From Verrucomicrobiota bacterium (GTDB taxonomy: Bacteria; Verrucomicrobiota; Verrucomicrobiia; Verrucomicrobiales; Akkermansiaceae), in NCBI GenBank assembly GCA_040388015.1, contig JAZKCQ010000025.1, forward strand, positions 8,170 to 72,169: DNA of 64,000 nucleotides, read 5' to 3'. Positions 28,236 to 37,344 of the stretch are shown piece by piece; position 1 is the stretch's first letter; each line of letters opens with the position of its first letter. Under the pieces are notes generated by a model that ran no database searches, was not told the origin of the DNA, and worked only from the letters and a program-made list of their open reading frames with translations. Both the position numbers and the translations under genes were made by a program.

Positions 28236-28976
28236 TCAGGCTGGGTCGGACTTGCCTTTGTCTTTTCCCTTGCCTTGGCCCGGGCTCCACTCTCCGCGGG
28301 TCAGAAGATCGTCGTTGTTTTCATCCTCCTTGTTGAATTTCTTGAGGATGGTTTTCGACGGCGTCTTGCGGGGAAACGTGGTGGCGAATTCGTCGTAAGT
28401 GAGCAGTCCGTCGCCACTGAGATCCGCGAGATCGAATTTGCGTGGCTTCTTGGAATCGTCGATGAAGTCGTCGCTCTTGAAGGCGAGCCACTCGTCCAAA
28501 GAGACAAGCAAGTCGTCATCCGCATCCGCCTTGAGGAAACGGCTGCGGACCTCGATCAGCGGACGCTTTCCGGGGATCAGCGGAATGAACTCGTCGTAGG
28601 TGAGGAATCCGTCTGCAACGTCATCATCGGCGGCGTTGAAACGGGCGGTCTCCTTCTCGATTTTTTCCTGTTCCTGCTCTTCTTCGAGTTCCTGCTTGTA
28701 GGCGAGCCATTCGGCGAGGGTGACGGCGGTGTCGCCATCCGCATCCGCACGACCGAATTTCTTCAGCAACTGCTTCTCGGGAGCGTTGCGGGACAGCGTG
28801 GTGCGGAATTCGGCCAGCGTGAGGGATCCGGAGGAATCCGCATCTGCGGCCTCGAACTTCGAGGTGTCATCCGCAAGGGCGGCGGCTGAAGTCAGGACCA
28901 GCGATCCGAGGAGGAGCGCCGGGATTTTTCCGGGACGGAGGTAATGGTGTAGGGTGTTCATAGCGAGGAGCCTCAT
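28236..28976 (-). CDS. Exported multi-EF-hand calcium-binding protein
   Basis: Signal peptide and six DxDxD-type loops (e.g. DADSSGSLTLAE, DLSGDGLLTYDE). Confidence 0.88.
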   Translation of the reverse strand: MRLLAMNTLHHYLRPGKIPALLLGSLVLTSAAALADDTSKFEAADADSSGSLTLAEFRTTLSRNAPEKQLLKKFGRADADGDTAVTLAEWLAYKQELEEEQEQEKIEKETARFNAADDDVADGFLTYDEFIPLIPGKRPLIEVRSRFLKADADDDLLVSLDEWLAFKSDDFIDDSKKPRKFDLADLSGDGLLTYDEFATTFPRKTPSKTILKKFNKEDENNDDLLTRGEWSPGQGKGKDKGKSDPA

Positions 28977-29095
28977 AATTCAACCAATCCTGATTGTCAA
29001 AAAGTTAGCTGGATTCCAATTTCAGTGCATCGGCCATGATTCCGGATCTTATCGAGGATCGATGCTTCCCGTGCGGAAGATCCGCAGTCCGTGTT

Positions 29096-29731
29096 TCACG
29101 GCGAGAGGCGGTCGATTTTCCAGCCATCGTTCTCGCGCTGGTAGAGAAATCGGTCGTGGAGCCGCGCGGGGCCGCCTTGCCAGAATTCGATCATCTGCGG
29201 TTTCACGCGGTAGCCGCCCCAGAACGAAGGGAGCGGGATCTCGCCTCGGGTGAATTTCTCCTTAATTTCGGAGAGCTTCTGCATGAGGAACTTCCGGGAG
29301 GTGATGACCTCGCTCTGGTTGGAAACCCATGCGCCGATCTGAGACTCGCGCGGGCGGGAGGTGAAGTATTTGAGTGATTCGGCGGTGCTGATTTTCTCGA
29401 CGGTGCCTTGGATGATGATCTGGCGCTCCAACGTGATCCATGGGAACAGCAGGCTGACGCGCGGGTTGCTTTCCATCTGCTTCGCCTTGCGGCTCTGATA
29501 GTTGGTGAAGAAGACGAAGCCGTCACCATCGTAGTATTTGAGCAGGACCGTGCGCTGATAGGGCATGCCGGTTTCGTCGACGGTGGCGAGCGTCATGGCG
29601 TTAGGCTCGTGGACGGCGAGTTCGGTGGCCTGCTCAAACCAAGTGGAGAACTGCGCAACCGGGTCAGGGCTCATTTCCTCGCGCTTCAGGCCACGGTCGG
29701 AGTATTCTTTGCGGAAATCGGCAAGGTCCAT
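29096..29731 (-). CDS. pdxH: Pyridoxamine 5'-phosphate oxidase
   Basis: [30 protein letters not shown] and EFWQG..RLHDR motifs. Confidence 0.96.
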   Translation of the reverse strand: MDLADFRKEYSDRGLKREEMSPDPVAQFSTWFEQATELAVHEPNAMTLATVDETGMPYQRTVLLKYYDGDGFVFFTNYQSRKAKQMESNPRVSLLFPWITLERQIIIQGTVEKISTAESLKYFTSRPRESQIGAWVSNQSEVITSRKFLMQKLSEIKEKFTRGEIPLPSFWGGYRVKPQMIEFWQGGPARLHDRFLYQRENDGWKIDRLSP

Positions 29732-29820
29732 GGGGGGATTGGTAAATGGGGCGGGCGGGGCGTGCAAGGGTGGGCCATGGCATCGTTGATTTTTCGGGCT
29801 CCTGCTTTATAAAAAAGCCG

Positions 29821-30111
29821 ATGGAGCATCTGTTGCCGGTGATCGTGTTTGTGGTGATCCTCGCGTTTCTGTTCTGGATTTTCATTTGGCCAAGCTCTCG
29901 CTCGGCTTCCAGACGTCACGGGGGATCGATCATCGATCCGGAGGATTCATATCAGATCGCCCTGCTGGTGGGCATGGCGGGAGGGACTTTTGCGGATGCC
30001 GTGGTCGTGCGGTATGCGTTGCAACGTTTCAAGGAAATCCATGGTCGTCCCGCCACGGACCTTGATGCCGCCACGTTGATCGGGATCATGCGCGGTTATC
30101 GCGGGGACTGA
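29821..30111 (+). CDS. Small hypothetical membrane protein
   Basis: ATG 29821, strong N-terminal TM helix, fills the intergenic gap. Confidence 0.65.
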   Translation: MEHLLPVIVFVVILAFLFWIFIWPSSRSASRRHGGSIIDPEDSYQIALLVGMAGGTFADAVVVRYALQRFKEIHGRPATDLDAATLIGIMRGYRGD

Positions 30112-30892
30112 TTCGAAAGAAGGTTTCGGAGTTGTGGCAGGTGAGATCCGCAAGCCGGGTAGGAGTGATCTCAAGTGCCGGAGCCAGAGCGTGCGCGATG
30201 GCCGCCAGATTCGCCGGATGATTGCGATTTTCCGGCAAGGGGTGGGTGATGAAGTCCTCCGGCGGGAGCATGTCCGGGGCGTCCGTTTCCAGCAGGATGC
30301 GCTCGTGAGGGAGCTGGCGGAAGACGTCGAGCACGGCGGATTTCCGAGGATGGAGGAAATGGCCGGAGAAGGAGAAATACGCTCCCAGCGGGATCAGGCG
30401 GCGGGCGGTCTCGATGGAGCCGCCGAATGAGTGTATGAGAAATCGGGAGGGGGGCGGCGATTGTTTGAAGGCATCGAACAATGCACCCCATGCCTTGAGA
30501 CAGTGGATGGTCACGGGGCGGTCCGTTTCCACTGCGAGACGGATTTGGGCGGTAAAGATGGGGAGCTGGATTTCCAGCGGGGGTTGGGAAATCCATTGAT
30601 CGAGCCCGCACTCGCCGATGGACGCGCGCGGGTGTTTTTCCAACAGTTCCCGAAGCCGGCCGAGCCATCCGTCGGTCGCGGTGTGGGCGTGCCATGGGTG
30701 GATCCCGAAAGCGGGGAGAATGAAATCCGGTTCGGTTGCCGCGAGATTTCCGACGGCGTCCCAGTCCGATTCGCAGGTGGCGTTGACGACGCAGTGGCTG
30801 ATGCCGGCCTGTTTCATCGCTGCGATGAACGGCCCGGCATCTGCCAGACGGACGTCTTGCAGATGGTTGTGGGCGTCGATCCAACGAAGCAT
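30086..30892 (-). CDS. TatD family hydrolase
   Basis: IDAHNHL, GIHPW, IGECGLD, IHC, HSF and LLETDAP motifs. Confidence 0.93.
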   Translation of the reverse strand: MLRWIDAHNHLQDVRLADAGPFIAAMKQAGISHCVVNATCESDWDAVGNLAATEPDFILPAFGIHPWHAHTATDGWLGRLRELLEKHPRASIGECGLDQWISQPPLEIQLPIFTAQIRLAVETDRPVTIHCLKAWGALFDAFKQSPPPSRFLIHSFGGSIETARRLIPLGAYFSFSGHFLHPRKSAVLDVFRQLPHERILLETDAPDMLPPEDFITHPLPENRNHPANLAAIAHALAPALEITPTRLADLTCHNSETFFRISPRDNRA

Positions 30893-31077
30893 GATGGCGA
30901 TGGAGAAATTGGTCTCGCAAACGGCAGGGATCAATCCCGAAGCGACACCTGATCTACTACCCAATCAGGTGTTGGACGTGAAACATCCCGGCTGCTTGAA
31001 TCGTTGTCAGCCTGCGGCCATCCGCCGGAGATCCCGGAGCAGTTCCGGTAAAACCCAAAAACCAGCATTTCCACCCC

Positions 31078-34000
31078 ATGGATTCAAACCACACCCGTTT
31101 TCTGTGTCTTTTCACCGTCATGGCCACCGCCGCCGGCATGCGACCGGCCTCCGCGGTGGAAACCGAGGTCCGCTACCTCTCCGGTCGTGGCCCTAAGGAC
31201 GCGGTGCCGTGGGAGTTTTCCGTGACCAAGGGGCGCCGTGCGGGTGAAAAGACGACCATCCCGGTGCCGTCGAATTGGGAGCAGCAGGGGTTCGGCACTT
31301 ATAATTACGGCGAAACCGCCGGTGCCAAGGCGGACGAACACGGGCTCTACCGGCTGAAGTTCAGCGTGCCGGACGAATGGAAGGGCCGCCGAATCCGGAT
31401 TGTTTTCGACGGCGTGATGACCGATGCGGAGGTGAAGGTGAACGGCAGGTTGGCGGGGCCGGTCCATCAGGGCGGGTTCTATCGATTCCGCCAGGACATC
31501 ACGGATCTGCTGAAACCGGGGCAGGAAAATCTTCTCGAAGTGGATGTGTCCAAGGTCTCGGCGAATGCGCAGACCGAGCGTGCCGAGCGGGGCGGCGACT
31601 ACTGGGTGTTCGGCGGAATTTTCCGGCCGGTGTTTCTGGAGGCGGTGCCGGCGCAGTCGATCGACCGCGTGGCGGTGGATGCGGGGGCGGACGGGACCTT
31701 CAAGGTGGATGTGGCGTTCGGCAGCGTGCGGGATGCCGACAAGCTGGAGGCGCAGATCCTCACGACGGATGGAACGCCGGTGGGCGGGCCGTTTTCCACG
31801 GAAATTCCCGGCGGAGGCACGAGTGACGTCCGATTGTCCGCCAAGGTCGATGCCCCGAAACTGTGGACCGCGGAAACTCCGAATCTCTATCAGGCAAAGT
31901 TCACGCTGCGCAAGGGCGGGCAGGAAATCCACACGGTGACGCAGCGGTTCGGCTTCCGGACGATCGAGCTGAGAAAGGGCGGGGGCTTTTTCCTCAATGG
32001 AAAACACATCCTGCTCAAGGGCGTCTGCCGCCACAGTTTCCGCGCCGAAACAGGACGGTCGCTGAATCCGGAGGACTGTTATGACGACGTCCGGCTGATC
32101 AAGGGCATGAACATGAATGCGGCGCGGATGACGCACTATCCGCCGGATGTGGCGTTCCTTGAGGCGTGCGACGAGCTGGGGCTTTACGTCATCGACGAAC
32201 TCAGCGGCTGGCAGCGCGCGCACGGCACCGAGGTCGGCCGCAAGCTGGTGCGTGAAATGGTGACGCGCGATGTCAACCACCCGAGCATCCTGTTTTGGGA
32301 CAATGGCAACGAAGGCGGCTGGAACCGCGAATTGGACGGTGAGTTCAAACTGTATGATCCGCAGAACCGGATCGTGCTGCATCCGTGGGAGCCCTTCAAC
32401 GGCGTGGATACGAAGCATTATCCGGACTTCAAGGATCTCACGAAACGCCTCGCCGGACCGAACGTCGTCATGCCGACGGAGATGATCCACGGCCTCTATG
32501 ACGGTGGCGCAGGAGCGGGCTTGGAGGATTACTGGAAAGCCATCGCGGCATCCCCAGTCGGCGGCGGCGGATTCATCTGGGTGCTGGCGGATGAGGGCAT
32601 CATGCGGACCGATCAGGGAAACCGCATCGACGTTTACAGCAGTTATGCGCCGGACGGGATCGTCGGTCCGCGTCATGAGAAAAAGGGGAGTTACCACACC
32701 GTGCGGGACGTCTTCTCGCCGGTGCAGATCGACACTCCGGTGCTCGACCGCAAGTTCACGGGAAATCTGACGGTGCATAACCGTTATGATTTCCTGCCGC
32801 TGGGCGGCTGCCGTTTCAACTGGCGCCTGCTGCGTTTTCCCGATCCCTCGAATGCTGAAGCTCCGCCCATCGTGTTAGGCACTGGTGAGGCCGCGCCTCC
32901 CGAGATCGTGGCCGGAGCGACGGGCACGCTGAAACTGGATCTGCCCGAGAAGTGGACCGACGCCGACGCGCTCTCACTCGTCGCCACGGATTCCACCGGC
33001 CAGCAGCTGTGGGTCTGGAGCTGGCCGACCGCCGGTCTGGGCGAGCGGGTTGCAGCCCGTGGAAAAGCGGATGGAAAAACGGCCGTCGACTCCCAACCGG
33101 ATGAGATCACGCTCAAGACCGCGGATGTGACGGCCAGCTTCGACGCGAAAACCGGTCTGCTCAAGTCGCTGGGCCGTGGCGGCCGGGCTTCCGCGCTGAC
33201 GAATGGTCCGCGCGTGGTTCATGCTAGGCCGGCGAAAGGCGATGTCCCATGGACGGATGCGCAACTGGCTCCTGCGGTGGATGGAGCGATCGTGTGGAAA
33301 CCGGAGACGCCCAAGCTTCTCAACGTTTTGGACATCGAGCTGAATTTCCCCCAGGACATCAACTGGGCGGGCTTCAAACTGGAGATTTCTCCCGACGGCC
33401 GGAAATGGAAAACCCTCTACGACGCGACCCGCCGCACGCGGGATGGAAATCTCTACGAATTCCCGCCGCAGCTCGTGGCCGCCGTCCGCTTGTCGGATCT
33501 GAGGCAGGTGGATGGACAGCCCGCCACCGTGAAACGGATGCGCGCGGCCTATCAGGCGGAGCGTTTTCCGGCGGATCCGCCACCGATGACCGTTTCCAGC
33601 GGGACGGACGAAGGCTCGGCATGGGTTGAGAGCAAGGATGCCAATGGGTCTGACCGGTTCCGCTGGACTCTATCCGCCACCGGCGCGCTGAAGCTGGATT
33701 ATTCCTACACCCTTGATGGCGACGTGACTTACCACGGGATCACGTTTGATCATCCGGAAGACCAATTCAAATCGGTGAAATGGTTGGGCGAAGGGCCATC
33801 TCGGGTTTGGCAGAATCGTCTGCGCGGAACGAAGTTGGGAACTTACGAAATCGCGAGAAACGACATCCAGCCCGGGGAATCGTGGACGTTTCCCGAGTTC
33901 CAAGGCTGCTTCGCCGGATTGCAGTGGGCGCTTTTCGCCACCGAGGCAGGCGATCTAACGATTTCAAGCGCGAGTCCCGGCACTTATCTGAGAATCGGCA

Positions 34001-34182
34001 CGCCGCGGATCAGCCATCCATACACGACGGTGGCCTTTCCGGCGGGTGATCTTTCGTTCCTGAAAGCGATTCCGGCGATCGGCTCCAAGTTCACCCTGCC
34101 CGATAAAACCGGGCCGACGAGCGAAGCCGCCAAGGCATCCGGCCAGCAGACCGGCTCGGTGGTTTTCCAGTTAGGTAAATGA
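31078..34182 (+). CDS. Glycoside hydrolase family 2 (beta-galactosidase-like), exported
   Basis: VPSNW, FDGV, GGIFRPV, LWTAETPNLY, FGFR, THYP, WDNGNE (acid/base) and PTE..H (nucleophile). Confidence 0.92.
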   Translation: MDSNHTRFLCLFTVMATAAGMRPASAVETEVRYLSGRGPKDAVPWEFSVTKGRRAGEKTTIPVPSNWEQQGFGTYNYGETAGAKADEHGLYRLKFSVPDEWKGRRIRIVFDGVMTDAEVKVNGRLAGPVHQGGFYRFRQDITDLLKPGQENLLEVDVSKVSANAQTERAERGGDYWVFGGIFRPVFLEAVPAQSIDRVAVDAGADGTFKVDVAFGSVRDADKLEAQILTTDGTPVGGPFSTEIPGGGTSDVRLSAKVDAPKLWTAETPNLYQAKFTLRKGGQEIHTVTQRFGFRTIELRKGGGFFLNGKHILLKGVCRHSFRAETGRSLNPEDCYDDVRLIKGMNMNAARMTHYPPDVAFLEACDELGLYVIDELSGWQRAHGTEVGRKLVREMVTRDVNHPSILFWDNGNEGGWNRELDGEFKLYDPQNRIVLHPWEPFNGVDTKHYPDFKDLTKRLAGPNVVMPTEMIHGLYDGGAGAGLEDYWKAIAASPVGGGGFIWVLADEGIMRTDQGNRIDVYSSYAPDGIVGPRHEKKGSYHTVRDVFSPVQIDTPVLDRKFTGNLTVHNRYDFLPLGGCRFNWRLLRFPDPSNAEAPPIVLGTGEAAPPEIVAGATGTLKLDLPEKWTDADALSLVATDSTGQQLWVWSWPTAGLGERVAARGKADGKTAVDSQPDEITLKTADVTASFDAKTGLLKSLGRGGRASALTNGPRVVHARPAKGDVPWTDAQLAPAVDGAIVWKPETPKLLNVLDIELNFPQDINWAGFKLEISPDGRKWKTLYDATRRTRDGNLYEFPPQLVAAVRLSDLRQVDGQPATVKRMRAAYQAERFPADPPPMTVSSGTDEGSAWVESKDANGSDRFRWTLSATGALKLDYSYTLDGDVTYHGITFDHPEDQFKSVKWLGEGPSRVWQNRLRGTKLGTYEIARNDIQPGESWTFPEFQGCFAGLQWALFATEAGDLTISSASPGTYLRIGTPRISHPYTTVAFPAGDLSFLKAIPAIGSKFTLPDKTGPTSEAAKASGQQTGSVVFQLGK

Positions 34183-34187
34183 CAACC

Positions 34188-34250
34188 GGAGCGCGGAATT
34201 CATTCCGCGAGGACGAGCATCGGAAGCGCGCGGAATCGATTCCGCGCGCC
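34188..34250. repeat. REP-like doublet between convergent genes
   Basis: GGAGCGCGGAATTCATTCCGCG and GCGCGGAATCGATTCCGCGCGCC: two near-identical palindromes. Confidence 0.7.
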
Positions 34251-34258
34251 AATTTTAC

Positions 34259-34996
34259 TTATCTCACGCCCTTCGGGCCGGCTTTTTTAGGCGTGTCGAA
34301 GGTGACATCGGTGATCGACAGGCGTTTCCCGCCATTGGCGGGATCGCAGGTGGCGACCTGCATCTTGCGGAGTGTCCAGACGTTGTCGGCCACTTTCATC
34401 ACATCCTCGACCTGGAATTCCTTCACCAGTCCGCCGTTCTTGTCATGCCCGCGGATGCGCATGAAGGCTCCGAATTTGGTGTGGACCCAGACGTAGACGA
34501 CCTCATAGCGGCCGGATGATCCCTTGGGCTTGTCGATGCGGAGTTTATAACAGGGCTGGCCGCTGACGTCCTCGGTGCCTTCGAGTTTCGGATTCGGCCA
34601 ATAGAAGAAACGCAGGGCAAGGTCTTCATAGGTGAGGTCGGTGCCGGCGATGGGCTGGACGATCTTTTCAGCGGGGAACTCGACGGTTTTGCCATCGGTG
34701 ATTTCAAACAGATTGAAGGCCTCGTCGCCCATCCGCATGTGGAAAACCCGCCACGGACCCTTGTTTTCGGAAAACTGGAACTGGATGTCCTTGCCCTTGA
34801 GGAAAAGCGTGATGGGGACGTTTCCGCCCTTTTTCTGGAGGTTGCCGGTGAGGCCTTCGTCGAGCTTGGTGAGGGTGGCCGAGATGCGCGCGCCTTCGAG
34901 AATCTGTTGGGCGGTGGGCTGTTGGGCCTGGGCGGAAGCGCCGCAAACCATCGTGATCGCAAGGGCTGCGGCCGGGAGAATCGATTTGAAATTCAT
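34259..34996 (-). CDS. Outer-membrane lipoprotein-sorting (LolA-like) protein
   Basis: Signal peptide; GTDLTYEDL, G.E.V.G..CY.L and W..RKM motifs. Confidence 0.82.
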   Translation of the reverse strand: MNFKSILPAAALAITMVCGASAQAQQPTAQQILEGARISATLTKLDEGLTGNLQKKGGNVPITLFLKGKDIQFQFSENKGPWRVFHMRMGDEAFNLFEITDGKTVEFPAEKIVQPIAGTDLTYEDLALRFFYWPNPKLEGTEDVSGQPCYKLRIDKPKGSSGRYEVVYVWVHTKFGAFMRIRGHDKNGGLVKEFQVEDVMKVADNVWTLRKMQVATCDPANGGKRLSITDVTFDTPKKAGPKGVR

Positions 34997-35164
34997 GGTG
35001 GGTAGATTGGATGAATCGCCGGATTGGACAAGTCCTGCAACGGATTCCTTCAAAAAAGCGCCGCTACAAGTGATTAATTTTTAGAATCCTGTTTTTTGGG
35101 GCTTGATGATCCGGGGCGGGGCGAATTGGATTGGCCACAACGCAAGAGTCGTCCCAAACCCCCT

Positions 35165-36157
35165 ATGAGTCTTCGCAAGCAGCTATCAGACATCCTTCCG
35201 ACCTTACTTCCGGGAAACCCTGCCGATTCCATCAAAGGGACCGAGTTGATCCGCCTCACGCGCTTGCAACTGACTGGCAATTATTCGGATGCTTCGCTGC
35301 GCTATCACTTTTCGATCATGTCGTGCGATCCGGCCTCGCCGATCGCGAAGGTGGAGAAGGGTCAGGGCTACTACCGCCGGAGCGCTCCGCTGCCCGCGCT
35401 TTCCGGCGCTCAGGAACTGCTGGCTCTGACCCAGGGCCGGCTTGACGATCTAACGACCGCGGATCAGGACATGGTCGACGAAACCATGCTGCGGATCCGC
35501 AAGTTCCGCGCGGTGGTGACACGCTATTTCGAAATCAACGGCCGATTTCCGTTCGCGTTCCGTCAAGCGTTCGGCAAAGAGTCGCCGATCAGCAATCTGT
35601 GGAAATACCCCGAACTGGTGCTCGTCGACTGGGAAACCGGTGGTTCGCCCGACGAGGAAATGTCGCTGGACGAAACGATGCTTTCCTTCAAGCAGCGCCT
35701 CGGGATCGCCCCGTTCACCCTTCATGCCGCCCGGCTGCGGATCCAGCCGTCGCTGCAGACCTACCGCGAGGATTTCTTCCAAACGCTGGCGGTGTCGATG
35801 TGGGCGCAGGGCGGAGAGCTGATTTACGCGGCGCCGATCGAGGACGAGGCTCTGGCTGATAGCCTGCGCCGCCTTAGCGCTGCCTTCGGAGTCGGCGTGA
35901 CATCATTCGGTCTCACGGCCGATGCCTTGGACGAGCTTCCGCGTCCGGCGAACATTCTCAACGCCCACCCGCGGGAAACCGAGGCGATCATGGCGAAGCT
36001 CGAAATCAACCGCATTTCCGCTCCACGCTCCCGTCCGCATCTCGACTGGGCCGCGCTCAGTTCGATGCGCAACGAGTCGGAGGAAGCCGAGAAACTCGTG
36101 CTGTGGCTGACCCGCTGCATCGACGAGCGCAAGGCCGAGGCGTTCAAGGAAGATTGA
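35165..36157 (+). CDS. COG2958/HrgA-like protein (winged helix + restriction-endonuclease-like fold), active site divergent
   Basis: NLWKYPELV, REDFFQTLAVSMWAQGGELI and LRRLSAAFGVGV resemble the COG2958 pattern recalled from memory. Confidence 0.6.
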   Translation: MSLRKQLSDILPTLLPGNPADSIKGTELIRLTRLQLTGNYSDASLRYHFSIMSCDPASPIAKVEKGQGYYRRSAPLPALSGAQELLALTQGRLDDLTTADQDMVDETMLRIRKFRAVVTRYFEINGRFPFAFRQAFGKESPISNLWKYPELVLVDWETGGSPDEEMSLDETMLSFKQRLGIAPFTLHAARLRIQPSLQTYREDFFQTLAVSMWAQGGELIYAAPIEDEALADSLRRLSAAFGVGVTSFGLTADALDELPRPANILNAHPRETEAIMAKLEINRISAPRSRPHLDWAALSSMRNESEEAEKLVLWLTRCIDERKAEAFKED

Positions 36158-36259
36158 CGGACGAGGGGTGAATCGCTGGGCGGGTTTGCTGCCATGTGAT
36201 CATAGTTAGACGCCCTGAGGGCTTGTCGCAGGATCGTGTAACTGCTGATCTTCGCGGCC

Positions 36260-37192
36260 ATGAGTTGGACATTTCAAAGCGTGGCGATCGTCGGTTCAGG
36301 GGCCATCGGGCTTTACTACGGAGGTCGGTTGGCGGAAGCGGGAGAGGACGTGCGGTTCCTGTTGCGATCGGATTTCGATGTCATTTCTCATGAGGGATTG
36401 AAGGTGGAGAGCGTGCAGGGGGATTTCGAACTGCCACAGGTGAAGGCTTACCGGACGCCGGAGGAAATCGGGCCGGTCGACTTGGTGATCGTGGCGTGGA
36501 AAGCGACGGCGAACCATCAGCTCGCGTCGATTTTACCGCCATTGCTGCATCCCGGGACGCAGGTGCTCACGTTGCAGAACGGGCTGGGAAATTGCGAAGC
36601 TCTGGCGGAAATCGTCGGACCCGGGCGGGTGCTGGGCGCGCTGTGTTTCGTCTGCATCAACCGGATTACGCCAGGATTGGTCAATCATTCGGCAGGCGGG
36701 CGAATGACCATCGGCGAGATGCTGCCGGATGAAACGGGACGCGCTGCGGAAATCGAAAAGCGTTTCAAAGTTGCGAAGATCCAGGCGGTTGCCGTTGAGA
36801 ATCTCGAAAAATCCCAATGGGAAAAACTCGTTTGGAATATCCCTTTCAACGGTCTCTCCGTTGCGGAAGGAGGAGTGACCACTGATGTCCTGCTTGCCTC
36901 ACCGGAAATGGAAAACGAACTGCGGGTCCTGATGACGGAAGTCATCACCGCCGCCAACGCGCAAGGTCTGGGCCTGAGCGATGAACTCATCGATTTCAAC
37001 ATCGACCGCACCCGCCCGATGGGGCCTTACCGCACTTCCAGCATGATCGATTTCGTCGAAGGTCGTGAAGTCGAAGTCGCGCCGATCTGGGACGAGCCAC
37101 TGCGCCGCGCCAGGCAAGCCGGAGTGGAGATGCCGCGCCTTGCGGAATTGCTGCGGCGGATTCAGGAAAAGCTCGTGCAACGCCCGAAATAG
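36260..37192 (+). CDS. panE: 2-dehydropantoate 2-reductase
   Basis: GSGAIG.YYG, LQNGLG, WEKLVWNIPFN, SSM.D...GR..E motifs. Confidence 0.9.
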   Translation: MSWTFQSVAIVGSGAIGLYYGGRLAEAGEDVRFLLRSDFDVISHEGLKVESVQGDFELPQVKAYRTPEEIGPVDLVIVAWKATANHQLASILPPLLHPGTQVLTLQNGLGNCEALAEIVGPGRVLGALCFVCINRITPGLVNHSAGGRMTIGEMLPDETGRAAEIEKRFKVAKIQAVAVENLEKSQWEKLVWNIPFNGLSVAEGGVTTDVLLASPEMENELRVLMTEVITAANAQGLGLSDELIDFNIDRTRPMGPYRTSSMIDFVEGREVEVAPIWDEPLRRARQAGVEMPRLAELLRRIQEKLVQRPK

Positions 37193-37344
37193 CGCGGAAA
37201 ACCGCACGTATCAGGATTTTCCGTCGCCGGGACAAACCCGCTTGTGGGAAGGCTCATTCTCGGCGAGAATGCGCTGGAACTCCCAACCTCGATTTGGGAG
37301 CTTTCTTCAATCGTCGCAGGACCGGGATGCCGGTCCCTTTTCCC

